From assembly GCA_946494635.1 (NCBI GenBank), contig CAMMCS010000001.1, positions 1 through 50,561 on the forward strand: 50,561 nucleotides of DNA, read 5' to 3'. The notes beneath the pieces were generated by a model. That model ran no database searches. It saw nothing but the letters and a program-made list of their open reading frames with translations, and was not told where the DNA came from. This DNA comes from an uncultured Oscillibacter sp. (GTDB taxonomy: Bacteria > Bacillota > Clostridia > Oscillospirales > Oscillospiraceae). This document shows positions 39,752-49,695 of this stretch, piece by piece. The position numbers and the translations under genes are program-made. Each line of letters begins with the position of its first letter. Within the stretch, counting starts at the first letter, position 1.

Positions 39752-40879
39752 ATGAAACAGGAAACCATGTATGCGGAGCTGCTGGAACTGATTACCACAG
39801 ACGCAGCGTCCGGAAAAGAGGCGGCCATTGCCCGGCGTCTGGCCGGCAAGCTGGAGAAACTGGGATTTACCGTCACTGCGGATCAGGCCGGAGAGACCTT
39901 TGGGGGCGAATGCGGCAACCTGCTGGGCGTGCAGGAGGGAACGCTGGACGGCGCCCTGCTCCTCTGCTCCCATATGGACCGGGTACCCAACGGCCTCGGG
40001 ATCCGCCCGGTGGAGCGGGACGGAATCCTGTATTCCGACGGCACCACCATCCTGGCGGCAGACGACGTCTCTGGCATCTGTGCCATCTTTGAGGGGCTCC
40101 GCCGGGTGCTGACATCGGGAAAACCGCTGCCGCGGCTGGAGGTGTACTTCACTGTGGGAGAGGAGTCCGGCCTGTACGGCGCAAAGGCTACGGACGTCTC
40201 CCGGTTCCACGCCCGCCTGGGATATATCTTCGACTCCCCCGGACGGGTGGGACGGTTTGTCACCTCAGCTCCCGGCCATTATCACCTGGGGGCGGAGATC
40301 ACGGGCCTGGCTGCCCATGCGGGCAATGAGCCGGAAAAGGGCATCGACGCCGCCAAGATCATGTGCGACATGCTCTCGTCATTGAAGCAGGGGCGTTTGG
40401 ACGCGGTGACGACCGCAAACTTCCCGATTCTCTCCACCGGAAGCACCGCCACCAATGTGGTGTGCGACGCCGCCGCCTTCAGCGGAGAGGCCCGCAGCCG
40501 GGATCCGCAGAGGCTGGCGGACTATGTGGCCTATTTTGAGGCCCACTGCCAGAAGGTGGCAGAGAAGTGCGGGGCCGGCCTGAAGCTCGAGAAGATTGAG
40601 TCGTTCCTGCCGTTCCGGATCCCGGAGGAGGACGAGGTGGTACAGATCGCCAAGGCGGCGTGTGCCAGTCTGGGAATCCCCTGCAGCTTTGAGTCCGGCG
40701 GCGGGGGAATGGACGCAAACATCTTCAACGCCCGGGGGCTGACCACCATCGGCGTGGCCACCGGCTATACGAAGAACCATACGAAATCCGAGCAGCTGGT
40801 TCTGGAGGATTTTTACCGCTCCGGGGAGCTGGCGGCGGCCCTGATCGAGACGTTCGCAGAGCGATGCGTGGCCAAATAA
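39752..40879 (+). CDS. M20 family peptidase T-like metallo-hydrolase (YqjE-like)
   Basis: SHMD, GTTILAADD, GEE, AHAG, GGGMDAN, H; RBS ggagg, ATG 39752. Confidence 0.9.
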   Translation: MKQETMYAELLELITTDAASGKEAAIARRLAGKLEKLGFTVTADQAGETFGGECGNLLGVQEGTLDGALLLCSHMDRVPNGLGIRPVERDGILYSDGTTILAADDVSGICAIFEGLRRVLTSGKPLPRLEVYFTVGEESGLYGAKATDVSRFHARLGYIFDSPGRVGRFVTSAPGHYHLGAEITGLAAHAGNEPEKGIDAAKIMCDMLSSLKQGRLDAVTTANFPILSTGSTATNVVCDAAAFSGEARSRDPQRLADYVAYFEAHCQKVAEKCGAGLKLEKIESFLPFRIPEEDEVVQIAKAACASLGIPCSFESGGGGMDANIFNARGLTTIGVATGYTKNHTKSEQLVLEDFYRSGELAAALIETFAERCVAK

Positions 40880-40917
40880 ATCCGTGTGTCTGAGTGATTT
40901 CAAGGAGGGAAATTGAT

Positions 40918-42129
40918 ATGGAAATGACTACTTATCAGGCGGTATTCGCGATTCTGCTCATCTTTTTTATCGGCGACTTTGTCGGAGCAGTCACAAAGGC
41001 GAAGATCTCCTCCATGTTCGTCATCATGATGGGCTTCCTGGTGCTGTTCCTCACCGGGGTCTATCCTGCCGACATCATGGAAATCTCCGGCTTTGCCAGC
41101 GTGGCGACGCTGGGCCAGTACTTCCTGCTGTTTAACATGGGTACATCCGTTGATATCCACGCCCTGAAAAAGGAATGGAGAACCGTGGCCTGCGCCATTG
41201 TGGGCATGGCGGCCGCCATCGTGGGCTGCGCCGTGGCCATTCCCATTGTGGGCAAGGAATTTGCCATCGTATCCGCCCCTGTTGTCAACGGCGGCATCGT
41301 GGCCACCACTACCATGGTGGACGCCGCCATGGGGAAGGGCCTGAATACGGCGGCGGCCCTAGCCACCTTCGTCTATGCCGTGCAGAAGTTCGTGGGCACC
41401 CTGCCCGCCTCCAACTGTGGGCTGAACGTGGCCAACAAGCTGGTGGCCGACATCCGCGCCAAGCACGCCGCCGACCCCAATTACAGCTGGTACGATGAGA
41501 TTGCCGGTACCACCGCTGCCCAGAAGAAGACCTTCTTCTGGGAGAAGTACAAGAAGTACTACACCACATTCATCTGCCTGGCGGTTGCCGCCCTCATGAT
41601 CCTGGTTTCCAACCTTCTCTCCAGCGCCCTCTCCAGTGTGGGCTTTACATACCTGAACATGTCCATCTGGTGCATGGTTCTGGGCATTGTCTGCCGCAAC
41701 ACAGGCCTGGTCCCCTCCAATATGCTGCGGGACTACGCCAAGGCCAACGGCTTCTTCTCTTTTCTGTCCCTGTGCACCATCATCCCGTCCCTGGCCAACG
41801 TGAACCTGGCGGATCTGCCTACCATTGGCTTTGCTGCCGTGGTGATCTTCGTGCTGGTGCTGGTCTTTACCTTTGTGGTGTTCTACCTCACCCCCGCCTG
41901 GAAGATCGTCGGCAGCAAGCAGCTGTCCATCGGCATCGCCATGTGCCAGCTGATCGGCTATCCCGGCACGGAGCTGATCGCCACCGAGATTAACAACGCC
42001 GTGGCCCAGACCCCCGAGGAGCGGGACGCCATCACCAACAAGATCCAGACGGCCTACGTCATCTCCGGCTTTACATCCGTAACCATCTTGTCAGTGGTGA
42101 TCGCCAGTGTTCTGGCGGAATTCCTGTAA
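40918..42129 (+). CDS. Integral membrane protein, probable amino-acid/peptide transporter
   Basis: About 11-12 hydrophobic segments; GGIVA and GYPGT motifs; operon context. Confidence 0.75.
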   Translation: MEMTTYQAVFAILLIFFIGDFVGAVTKAKISSMFVIMMGFLVLFLTGVYPADIMEISGFASVATLGQYFLLFNMGTSVDIHALKKEWRTVACAIVGMAAAIVGCAVAIPIVGKEFAIVSAPVVNGGIVATTTMVDAAMGKGLNTAAALATFVYAVQKFVGTLPASNCGLNVANKLVADIRAKHAADPNYSWYDEIAGTTAAQKKTFFWEKYKKYYTTFICLAVAALMILVSNLLSSALSSVGFTYLNMSIWCMVLGIVCRNTGLVPSNMLRDYAKANGFFSFLSLCTIIPSLANVNLADLPTIGFAAVVIFVLVLVFTFVVFYLTPAWKIVGSKQLSIGIAMCQLIGYPGTELIATEINNAVAQTPEERDAITNKIQTAYVISGFTSVTILSVVIASVLAEFL

Positions 42130-42201
42130 AGCGTTTTAGCTTTTCGGACGTGTGACCGATGTGTATTCAACATTTATTTTCAGACAGAAAGGTGATTCTT
42201 C

Positions 42202-43827
42202 ATGCCGCAGTTTGATCCGCTGAAGTATTCCTACGCATCCCACCGCAATGTGGTCTACGCCAAGAAGGGAATGGCCTGCTCCACTTCACCCATCGCGTCC
42301 CAGGTGGGGCTGGACATTCTGAAGGCCGGCGGCAACGCCATGGACGCGGCCGTCGCCATGGCCACGACTCTGCCTCTGGTGGAGCCCACCGGCAACGGCC
42401 TCGGCTCAGACTGCTTCGCCCTGGTGTGGAGCGAGCAGGACCACAGGCTGTTCGGCCTGGACGGCTCCGGCGTGGCCCCCATGGCCCTCTCTGCGGAGAC
42501 GGTCAGGGCTGCCGGCTACAACGCCGTCCCCGTCAACGGCTGGCTGCCCACCATGGTGCCCGGCGCCCCCAGCGCCTGGGCGGAACTGCGCCGCCGCTTC
42601 GGCACCAAGTCCATGGCGGAGCTGATGGCCCCGGCCATCCAGTACGCCCGGGAGGGCTTCTGCATCCCGGTGAACGTCTACAAGCAGTGGCGGGCCGAGG
42701 TGGTGCGCTTCACGGCCGCCGCGGAGAAGGAGCCTGAAGTCTACGGCCCCTGGCTGCAGTATTTCACCAAGGACGGAAAGACCTATGAGCCCGGCGACAC
42801 CTTCAGGAACCCGGATTATGCCAAGACGCTGGAATCCCTGGCCGCCACGGACTGCGAGAGCTATTACCGCGGCGAGATTATGCAGAAGATCGTGGACTTC
42901 TCCAACAGGACTGGCGGCTTCTTCGCCGAGAGCGACTTTGAAACCTACCATGCCCAGTGGGTGGAACCCATCTCCGTCAACTACAAGGGTTATGACGTGT
43001 GTGAGATGCCCCCCAACGGCCACGGCATCACCGCCCTGATGGCCCTGAACATGCTCAAGGGCCTGGCGCTGGGCGATGACCGCGAGACCGCTGACGTCTA
43101 CCACAAGATGATTGAGGCCACCAAGCTGGCCTTCGTGGACACGAAGAAATTTGTGGCGGATCCCCGCTACATGCGCACCAAGGTGTCCGACATGCTGTCC
43201 GACCGGTATGCCGACGTCCGCCGGGCCCTGATCACCGACAAGGCTGTCTACCCCGAGGCGGGGGATCCCTCCTGCGGCGGCACGGTGTATTTCTGCGTCG
43301 CTGACGGCATGGGGAATATGGTCTCCTTCATCCAGAGCAACTACAACCGCTTCGGCTCCGGCATTGCCGTGCCCGGAACCGGCATCACCATTCAGGACCG
43401 GGGAGCCAACTTCTCCCTGGATCCGGAGAGCGATAACTACCTGGAGGGCGGCAAGAAGGCCTATCACACCATCATCCCCGGCTTTTTGATGAAGGATGGA
43501 AAGCCTGTGGGCCCCTTCGGCGTCATGGGCGGCTTCATGCAGCCCCAGGGCCATGTTCAGGTGGTGGTGAACACGGTGGACTACCATATGAATCCCCAGG
43601 AGTGCCTGGACGCGCCCCGCTTCCAGTGGGTGGGGGAGAAGAAGGTCCAGCTGGAGCGGGAGGTCCCGGCCCATCTGGCCCAGAAGCTCTCCGACATGGG
43701 CCATCAGGTGGAGATTGTCAACTCCAACCTGGGGATGGGCCGCGGGGAGATTATCTGGCGGCTGGAGGACGGCACTCTGGTCGGCGGAACCGAGCCCCGG
43801 GCCGACGGGACCATTGCCGCCTGGTGA
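42202..43827 (+). CDS. ggt: Gamma-glutamyltransferase, cytoplasmic YwrD-like
   Basis: GGNAMDAAVA, VPG, PPNGHG, nucleophile Thr in GGTVYF, FGSG, HTIIP, GVMGG.MQPQGH; no signal peptide. Confidence 0.93.
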   Translation: MPQFDPLKYSYASHRNVVYAKKGMACSTSPIASQVGLDILKAGGNAMDAAVAMATTLPLVEPTGNGLGSDCFALVWSEQDHRLFGLDGSGVAPMALSAETVRAAGYNAVPVNGWLPTMVPGAPSAWAELRRRFGTKSMAELMAPAIQYAREGFCIPVNVYKQWRAEVVRFTAAAEKEPEVYGPWLQYFTKDGKTYEPGDTFRNPDYAKTLESLAATDCESYYRGEIMQKIVDFSNRTGGFFAESDFETYHAQWVEPISVNYKGYDVCEMPPNGHGITALMALNMLKGLALGDDRETADVYHKMIEATKLAFVDTKKFVADPRYMRTKVSDMLSDRYADVRRALITDKAVYPEAGDPSCGGTVYFCVADGMGNMVSFIQSNYNRFGSGIAVPGTGITIQDRGANFSLDPESDNYLEGGKKAYHTIIPGFLMKDGKPVGPFGVMGGFMQPQGHVQVVVNTVDYHMNPQECLDAPRFQWVGEKKVQLEREVPAHLAQKLSDMGHQVEIVNSNLGMGRGEIIWRLEDGTLVGGTEPRADGTIAAW

Positions 43828-43965
43828 GCACGGTATTCTCCTGGGGAGGCCCCAGGAGCTGTGAGAACTGGATTTGAAAATCGGAATTGGCGCAGCCATG
43901 CCCCCCTGATGGAGCATGGCGCGCTTTTCCTGTCAATATATCGACGTGAGGAAGAGGGGTTTGAA

Positions 43966-44529
43966 TTGTTTCGCGACCTGATCACATTGTATCTGCTGTT
44001 TTTCCGTATGGGCGCGGTCACCTTCGGCGGAGGCTACGCCATGCTGCCGATTCTGCGCAGGGAATTTATTCAGAGCCGCAGCTGGATGGACGAGGAGACC
44101 ATCATGGATTACTATGCCCTCAGTCAGGGCCTGCCCGGTATCATCGCAATCAACGTCTCTGTGTTTATCGGCTACCGCCGCCGCGGCGTCCCCGGCGGTA
44201 TTGCCGCCGCTCTGGGTATGGTTTCGCCCTGCATTATCATTATTTCCATCATCGCGTTCCTGCTGGCGGGCTTTCAGGACAATCCCTATGTCCGCCATGC
44301 CCTGGCGGGGATCTCTGTCTGCGTCATCGCCCTGATTCTGGATGCCGTCATCAGCCTGTGGAAAAAGGGCGTCAAGGACAAGGTGGGGCTTGCCATCTGC
44401 CTGGTGATGCTGGTTTTAAGCGTGTTTACCAGCATTTCCCCCATCCTGCTGGTCATTTCCTGCGCACTGCTGGGCATTGCCGTACGGACGCCCCAGCGCA
44501 GAGCTGAAAAAGGAGGGGAGAAGCCGTGA
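43966..44529 (+). CDS. chrA: Short-chain chromate transporter family protein (first of pair)
   Basis: GAVTFGGGYA, SQGLPGIIA; TTG start inferred. Confidence 0.88.
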   Translation: MFRDLITLYLLFFRMGAVTFGGGYAMLPILRREFIQSRSWMDEETIMDYYALSQGLPGIIAINVSVFIGYRRRGVPGGIAAALGMVSPCIIIISIIAFLLAGFQDNPYVRHALAGISVCVIALILDAVISLWKKGVKDKVGLAICLVMLVLSVFTSISPILLVISCALLGIAVRTPQRRAEKGGEKP

Positions 44530-45092
44530 TTTATCTGCAGCTGTTCTGGGAATTTTTCAAGATCGGCCTGTTCGCCGTGGGAGGCGGGATGGCGACGCTG
44601 CCATTCCTGCAGGAGCTGGCGGAGAAAACCGGCTGGTATCCGCAATCCCTCATCACGGATATGATCGCAATTTCAGAATCGACGCCCGGCCCCATCGGCA
44701 TTAATATGGCCACCTATGTGGGATGCAATGTGGCGGGCATTTTCGGGGGAGTCGTGGCGACCCTGGGAGAGATCATCCCCTCTGTCATCATTGTGGTGAT
44801 TGTCTCCAAATACCTGGAAAAATTCCGGGGGAGCAAGCTGGTCAACGACGCCTTTTACGGCCTGCGCCCGGCCGTCACCGGCCTGATTGCCGCCGCAGGG
44901 ATCAGCGTGATCCAGGAGGCGTCTATCTTCCACTGGGACCTCTATCAGCAGACGGGGGAGCTGCTGGCCTTTTTTGACTTCAAGAAAATCCTCTATTTTG
45001 CCCTGGTGTTCTTTGCAATCAAGAAATTCAAAAAGCACCCGATCGTGTATATCGCGGCCTCCGCGGCCGTGGGCATCCTGCTGGCCTTCTGA
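44526..45092 (+). CDS. chrA: Short-chain chromate transporter family protein (second of pair)
   Basis: FFKIGLFAVGGG, SESTPGPIG, GLRPAVTGLI. Confidence 0.92.
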   Translation: MIYLQLFWEFFKIGLFAVGGGMATLPFLQELAEKTGWYPQSLITDMIAISESTPGPIGINMATYVGCNVAGIFGGVVATLGEIIPSVIIVVIVSKYLEKFRGSKLVNDAFYGLRPAVTGLIAAAGISVIQEASIFHWDLYQQTGELLAFFDFKKILYFALVFFAIKKFKKHPIVYIAASAAVGILLAF

Positions 45093-45292
45093 GCTTCCGG
45101 CGCCACGCGCGGGAGGAAGCAGGCACCGCCATTCCGCGCCGGAGCCAGCATTTATCGCAGCATCCGACCCGCTTTGCGCGGCAGGCCCTGTGTTTTTCGG
45201 GCGCCGAAAAACGGCCGCCGCGGGGCCTCGAGCCCGGAAGATCCCGCCGGCGTATGGACGCTGGCTTGCCGGCATCAGAATTTCGGGCAGAT

Positions 45293-45337
45293 AAAAGCAC
45301 TCTGTGCCGCCTTGGGCGAAAACACAGAGTGCTTTTT
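45293..45337. terminator. Bidirectional terminator
   Basis: aaaagcactctgtg ... cacagagtgctttt, 14-bp arms. Confidence 0.75.
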
Positions 45338-45439
45338 CATCAGTCCGGATTTGGCTGCCGCAGGCCTCCGGGCAAGGAGGGGAGCGGCGGCACCGCAAAC
45401 GCATGGTTCCGGAAGGCTTGAAAAGCTGCCGGAAGCAGG

Positions 45440-46915
45440 TCAGAACTTCAGCGCGAACACGACATCCCCCAAAGAGATCTGATCGCCGCTGCGCAGAACA
45501 CTGGCCATCTCAATCCGGCTGCCATTGACGCAGGTGCCGTTCTGAGAGCCGAGATCCTCCAGATATACGGTCCCATTGGTCATGAAGACTCTGGCGTGCT
45601 GCCGGGAGACAGAGTTGTCTCCAAAGGGAATATCGCACGCAGCGTCCCGGCCGATGATCAGTTCGTGCCGAAGCGTGAACTCCAGGCCGCTCCCCTGATA
45701 GGCGCCCTGGAATATTTCGAGCCGCATGTAAATGCCGTCCTCCTCCGGCTGAGAGGGCTGCGGGACAGGGGCGGGCTGCGGAGCAGCTGCGGGAGAGGAT
45801 TTCTTCCGCCGCAGAAGGAAAATCCCTGCGGCAGCGGCAAGTGCGACGGCAACGCCGATGGCTGGCAGCAGGATCATATGGGCAGAGGACTCCCCGGCGC
45901 TTTCGGAGGGAGCGCCGGCTCCTGCGGGAGCAGAGTCTGCAGCGGGGAGCTCAGCTTCCGGAGAGGAGGGGGGAAGGGGGGCAGGCTCCTCCTCCGCAGG
46001 ATCCCCCGCCGTCTCGCCATCTGACGGAAACGGGATGGCAGTTGTCCCGCGGCATACCAGTTCCCCATCAGAGGCGAATGTGACAGAGAGCTGCGGCGTC
46101 CCGTCAGAGGGCGTGAAGCCCGAGAGGGAAAAGCTGGTGACATAGAGCTCGCCGGTCTGTGCCGAAAGGGAGGCCGCGGCCTCTTCCGCAGTGAGGCCAT
46201 CGCCAACGACCTGATGGGTTCCGCCGGACGCCTCTGTCAGGGAGGCCAGGCTTTCCAGGGCGGCTGTATCTGTGCCGAAGCCCACCGAATGGAGCATCAC
46301 GTCAGAAGCATTGACCCGCTCCAGAAGCTCCTCATAAGAGACACTGGCTCCCGGATCGTACTGCACCGCGTCAGACAGAACAATCAGGCCGCGGAGCTCA
46401 TTTCCGGTGCGAGGCATGCCGTTGAAGCAGTCCAGCGCCTGGCTGATGGAGCTGTGGAGCCGGGTAACCGTCTCATCCATTGGGATGGCGGCCATTTCTC
46501 CGGCCAGATCCTCCGGGGAAACATCCTCCGCCAAGAGTGAAAAGGAGTCCCCGAAGGAGGCCAGAAGAAAGCGGGTATTCTCGCCGCCGGCAGCGGCCAG
46601 ACTCTCAGCAAAGGCCACCGCATCCTCCCGGAAGGGGGGCATGGAGTTGGAGTTGTCCACCAGCAGCATCCAGGTCACAGGAAACCCCGCCTGCCGGACG
46701 GTTTCCAGAGTGCTGTCGGCAGGGAAGGTCCGGCCCTCGATCTCTGCGTCGGCCTTTGTGATGGGCTGGTCGGTCCCCGAGATCTCCACATAGGTGTAAA
46801 CGTTGTCCTGATACACAAAAGCCCGCACCAGCCGGGCCGCGGCGGCTGCCTGGGCACCGGCCGCCAGCGCCAGGGACAATGCCAGGGCTGCGGCCAGAGA
46901 AACCATTCGTTTCAT
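45440..46915 (-). CDS. Signal peptide + vWA (MIDAS) domain + TM + cytoplasmic FHA domain protein
   Basis: MKRMVSLAAAL..AQA; LLVDNSNSM, T, LSD; P/A/E linker; TM then RRKK; IGRD..SVSRQHA..DLGSQNGT. Confidence 0.88.
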   Translation of the reverse strand: MKRMVSLAAALALSLALAAGAQAAAAARLVRAFVYQDNVYTYVEISGTDQPITKADAEIEGRTFPADSTLETVRQAGFPVTWMLLVDNSNSMPPFREDAVAFAESLAAAGGENTRFLLASFGDSFSLLAEDVSPEDLAGEMAAIPMDETVTRLHSSISQALDCFNGMPRTGNELRGLIVLSDAVQYDPGASVSYEELLERVNASDVMLHSVGFGTDTAALESLASLTEASGGTHQVVGDGLTAEEAAASLSAQTGELYVTSFSLSGFTPSDGTPQLSVTFASDGELVCRGTTAIPFPSDGETAGDPAEEEPAPLPPSSPEAELPAADSAPAGAGAPSESAGESSAHMILLPAIGVAVALAAAAGIFLLRRKKSSPAAAPQPAPVPQPSQPEEDGIYMRLEIFQGAYQGSGLEFTLRHELIIGRDAACDIPFGDNSVSRQHARVFMTNGTVYLEDLGSQNGTCVNGSRIEMASVLRSGDQISLGDVVFALKF

Positions 46916-47631
46916 CCGCATTCCTCCACAAAAACGGCGATCAGAGAGAAATTGTCATTGCCCGGGGGCGTTCTCCGAATGTGGCGGAGCAGCATCCCCT
47001 CCGCCCACTCCTTCGGCGTATGGGCCTTACAGAGCTCAGCCAGAATCTCCTCATTGTAGACATACTCCCAGAACCCGTCGGAGCAGAGGAGGAAGGCGTC
47101 TCCCGCGGCCACATCCCCGTGCCCGGCCTCGGGGCGGCAGGGCTCCTTGCCCAGCACCCGCAGCAGACGGCTGCGGTCGTCATCGTGGTAGACATCCATG
47201 TAGGAGATCTCGCCGCCAAGGAATTTTTTGTAGGTGACGGAGTGGTCGGCGGTGACGCCGGCCGGCATCCCGCCCGAAAACCGGTAGAGCCGGGAATCCC
47301 CGATGTGGGCCCAGACCGCCTGGCTTCCCCGCAGGGACAGGGCCACGGCAGTGGTGCGCATTTCCTCCTGTCCAGGCTGCGCCTGCTGACGGAGGATCTC
47401 CTGATTGGCGGACTGGAACAGATCCAGCAGTCCGGTCTCATCCAGCGTATCCGCCTGGGAGATGCCGGTGAAGATGGCGTCTACCGCCGCGGCGGAGGCA
47501 ACCTCGCCGCAGCTGTGTCCGCCCAGGCCGTCCGCCAGGACAAAGATGCCCTGCTCTGCCGAGGCCCGGAGGCTGTCCTCGTTATGTTCCCGGCCGCCGC
47601 GGTTTGTATAGGCGTAAGCGCTCACCTTCAT
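46912..47631 (-). CDS. PP2C-family Ser/Thr phosphatase
   Basis: GGREHNED, ADGLGG, HIGDSR, LCSDG, DNFS. Confidence 0.93.
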   Translation of the reverse strand: MKVSAYAYTNRGGREHNEDSLRASAEQGIFVLADGLGGHSCGEVASAAAVDAIFTGISQADTLDETGLLDLFQSANQEILRQQAQPGQEEMRTTAVALSLRGSQAVWAHIGDSRLYRFSGGMPAGVTADHSVTYKKFLGGEISYMDVYHDDDRSRLLRVLGKEPCRPEAGHGDVAAGDAFLLCSDGFWEYVYNEEILAELCKAHTPKEWAEGMLLRHIRRTPPGNDNFSLIAVFVEECG

Positions 47632-47636
47632 GGCAC

Positions 47637-48842
47637 TTACTCCAGATCCACATAGATGGTATTATCCACCTCACCCAGATAGAAGGAGCTCTTGGGCGGC
47701 AGCTTGGTGGGAGACTGGGGCTGAATCCGCTGGCCGCCAGCCAGGAAGGTGCCGTAGGTGGAGTTGAGATCCGTCACGACGAAGACGTTTTCCCGCTCGT
47801 CATAATAGACCTGGCAGTGGTGGGAGCTGACGCCCGGTGTGCCGTCCTGATACACCAGGCGGCAGGTGGCGCTGTCCCGGCCGATCTGCACCGGCTGCTG
47901 ATGGTGCAGCTGCACCACAAGCCCGCCATGCTGGGGAGACATGGAGCGAAGCACCGGGGAGCCGGACGGCTTTTCCGCTGCAGCAGCGGGGGCGGGCTTC
48001 TTCTTCCGCGCCAGCGCCACAATCACGATGACGGCTGCGACCACCACCACGGCGGCAATGCCCACATAGAGCATGGTGCTGCCGGAGGAGGAGCCGCTGT
48101 ACAGGGAGTAGGCGATGTTATTCCGGTCCAGCATGGGCAGGACCTCGCCAACGCTGACCGCGTAAAACAGGTTTTGATCCAGGTTGGAGGCAGCGGTATT
48201 GATGCCCAGCACCGCGCCGTTTCCGTCGATCAGGGGGCCGCCGGAGTTGCCGCCGCTCATGGCGGTATCCGTCTGGATCAACTGGCGGCCGGTGCCGCTC
48301 TCTGTCAGCAGGCGGCCGATGCTGCCGGCAGTGACGGTGGCGTCGTCCGGGCTGAAGGAGTTCACGGCCTGCACCGTCATATCCGCCGCCAGCGGATACC
48401 CAACGGCGTAGACCTCGTCGCCCAGCATGGTGTCCTCCACCTCCCGCATCTGGAGGGCAGAGCGCTTGTCAGTAGGCTCCTCCAGGCGAAGAACGGCGAT
48501 ATCCTTTTCCACGTCATAGTCCACCAGGTATGCCTCTTCCTCTTCATCCTGGTCAAAGAGCACATGGAGTTCTCCGCCGCCCAGGGCCTTGCCGGCAAGA
48601 ATGAAATCATCCACTACATGGCAGTTGGTGACGATGTACTCCGGATCCTCCCCAGGCGTACCCACAAAGAAGCCGGTGCCGCGCCAGTAGTTCATGACGC
48701 CGTTTTCGTCCGGAGCGCCGGTTCGGATCAGAACAATCCCGTTGAGCGTTTCCTGATTGAAGGCCGCCATGGACGGCACCGCCAGGGCTGCCGCCAGTAC
48801 AGCCGCCAGCAGCGCCGCGGCCAATTTCCGCAAAATAGTCAT
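47637..48842 (-). CDS. Signal peptide + trypsin-like serine protease + TM + cytoplasmic FHA domain
   Basis: GTGFFV, TNCHVV, DIAVL, GNSGGP triad intact; TM then RKKK; IGRD..VSSHHC..DLNSTYGT. Confidence 0.9.
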   Translation of the reverse strand: MTILRKLAAALLAAVLAAALAVPSMAAFNQETLNGIVLIRTGAPDENGVMNYWRGTGFFVGTPGEDPEYIVTNCHVVDDFILAGKALGGGELHVLFDQDEEEEAYLVDYDVEKDIAVLRLEEPTDKRSALQMREVEDTMLGDEVYAVGYPLAADMTVQAVNSFSPDDATVTAGSIGRLLTESGTGRQLIQTDTAMSGGNSGGPLIDGNGAVLGINTAASNLDQNLFYAVSVGEVLPMLDRNNIAYSLYSGSSSGSTMLYVGIAAVVVVAAVIVIVALARKKKPAPAAAAEKPSGSPVLRSMSPQHGGLVVQLHHQQPVQIGRDSATCRLVYQDGTPGVSSHHCQVYYDERENVFVVTDLNSTYGTFLAGGQRIQPQSPTKLPPKSSFYLGEVDNTIYVDLE

Positions 48843-48864
48843 AGTCCTCTCTCCTGTCTTTTTG

Positions 48865-49695
48865 TTATTGATAGGCGATCATGACGCCTGTGTAGTTGTC
48901 CTGAGCAGGCAGGGCCTTTTCCAGCACCATGGTCTCCAGCAGCCGGCAGCCCTCGTCCGGGGACAGGGACATGGCCTCTCTCAGCTCAGGGACGCTCAGC
49001 ACGCCGCTGATCCCGTCGGAACACAGCAGGATCACATCTCCCGGCTCCAGACGCCAGGGCCGCAGGCTCTGGTCCACAAGCTCCAGGTGGTCAATCCCCA
49101 CAAAGGCGGTAAGCCGCCGGGCGTCCTCATCCTGCTCCGCCCGCTCTTTCCGGATGGGCTCCTGATAGAGCTCCTCCAGATACAGGTCATTCAGGCAGGT
49201 ATGCTCCCGGTTCAGCTGGAAGACGCAGTCCCCCCGCTTGAGGAAGATGGCGCTGTCCCCCACGCTGATCCAGTGCAGCTTGTCGCGCAGAAGCCGCACC
49301 GCCACGGCCGTGGTTCCGCTGTGCCCCTGAAACCGCTGGAAGATCCCGTCGCTTGCAGCCAGGATCCCCTCCCGCAGCTGCTGGGGGACGTCACCCTCCT
49401 CCAGAAGGGAGCGGAAGAGCTGTATGAGGGCCTCCACCGCGGCTTCGCTGGCCTCATTGCCGTCAGCCATGCCGCCCATGCCGTCCGCCACCACGGCGAA
49501 AAGCCCCTGGCGGGCCAGCGCGTCCGGATCGGAGACATTGCAGAGGGCGAAAGAGTCCTCCTGCCGTTCCCGCTGGCCGACGCCCTGCACATTGCCCACC
49601 TGAAGGGCGGGACGCCGGGACACCGGAAGCTCCACAGTGGCGCCGTCCTCCGTCACCCGGCGGGCACGGCCGAAGAGCCGATCAAACATCCCCAT
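48865..49695 (-). CDS. PP2C-family Ser/Thr phosphatase with N-terminal extension
   Basis: GQRERQED, ADGMGG, VGDS, LCSDG, DNYT. Confidence 0.93.
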   Translation of the reverse strand: MGMFDRLFGRARRVTEDGATVELPVSRRPALQVGNVQGVGQRERQEDSFALCNVSDPDALARQGLFAVVADGMGGMADGNEASEAAVEALIQLFRSLLEEGDVPQQLREGILAASDGIFQRFQGHSGTTAVAVRLLRDKLHWISVGDSAIFLKRGDCVFQLNREHTCLNDLYLEELYQEPIRKERAEQDEDARRLTAFVGIDHLELVDQSLRPWRLEPGDVILLCSDGISGVLSVPELREAMSLSPDEGCRLLETMVLEKALPAQDNYTGVMIAYQ

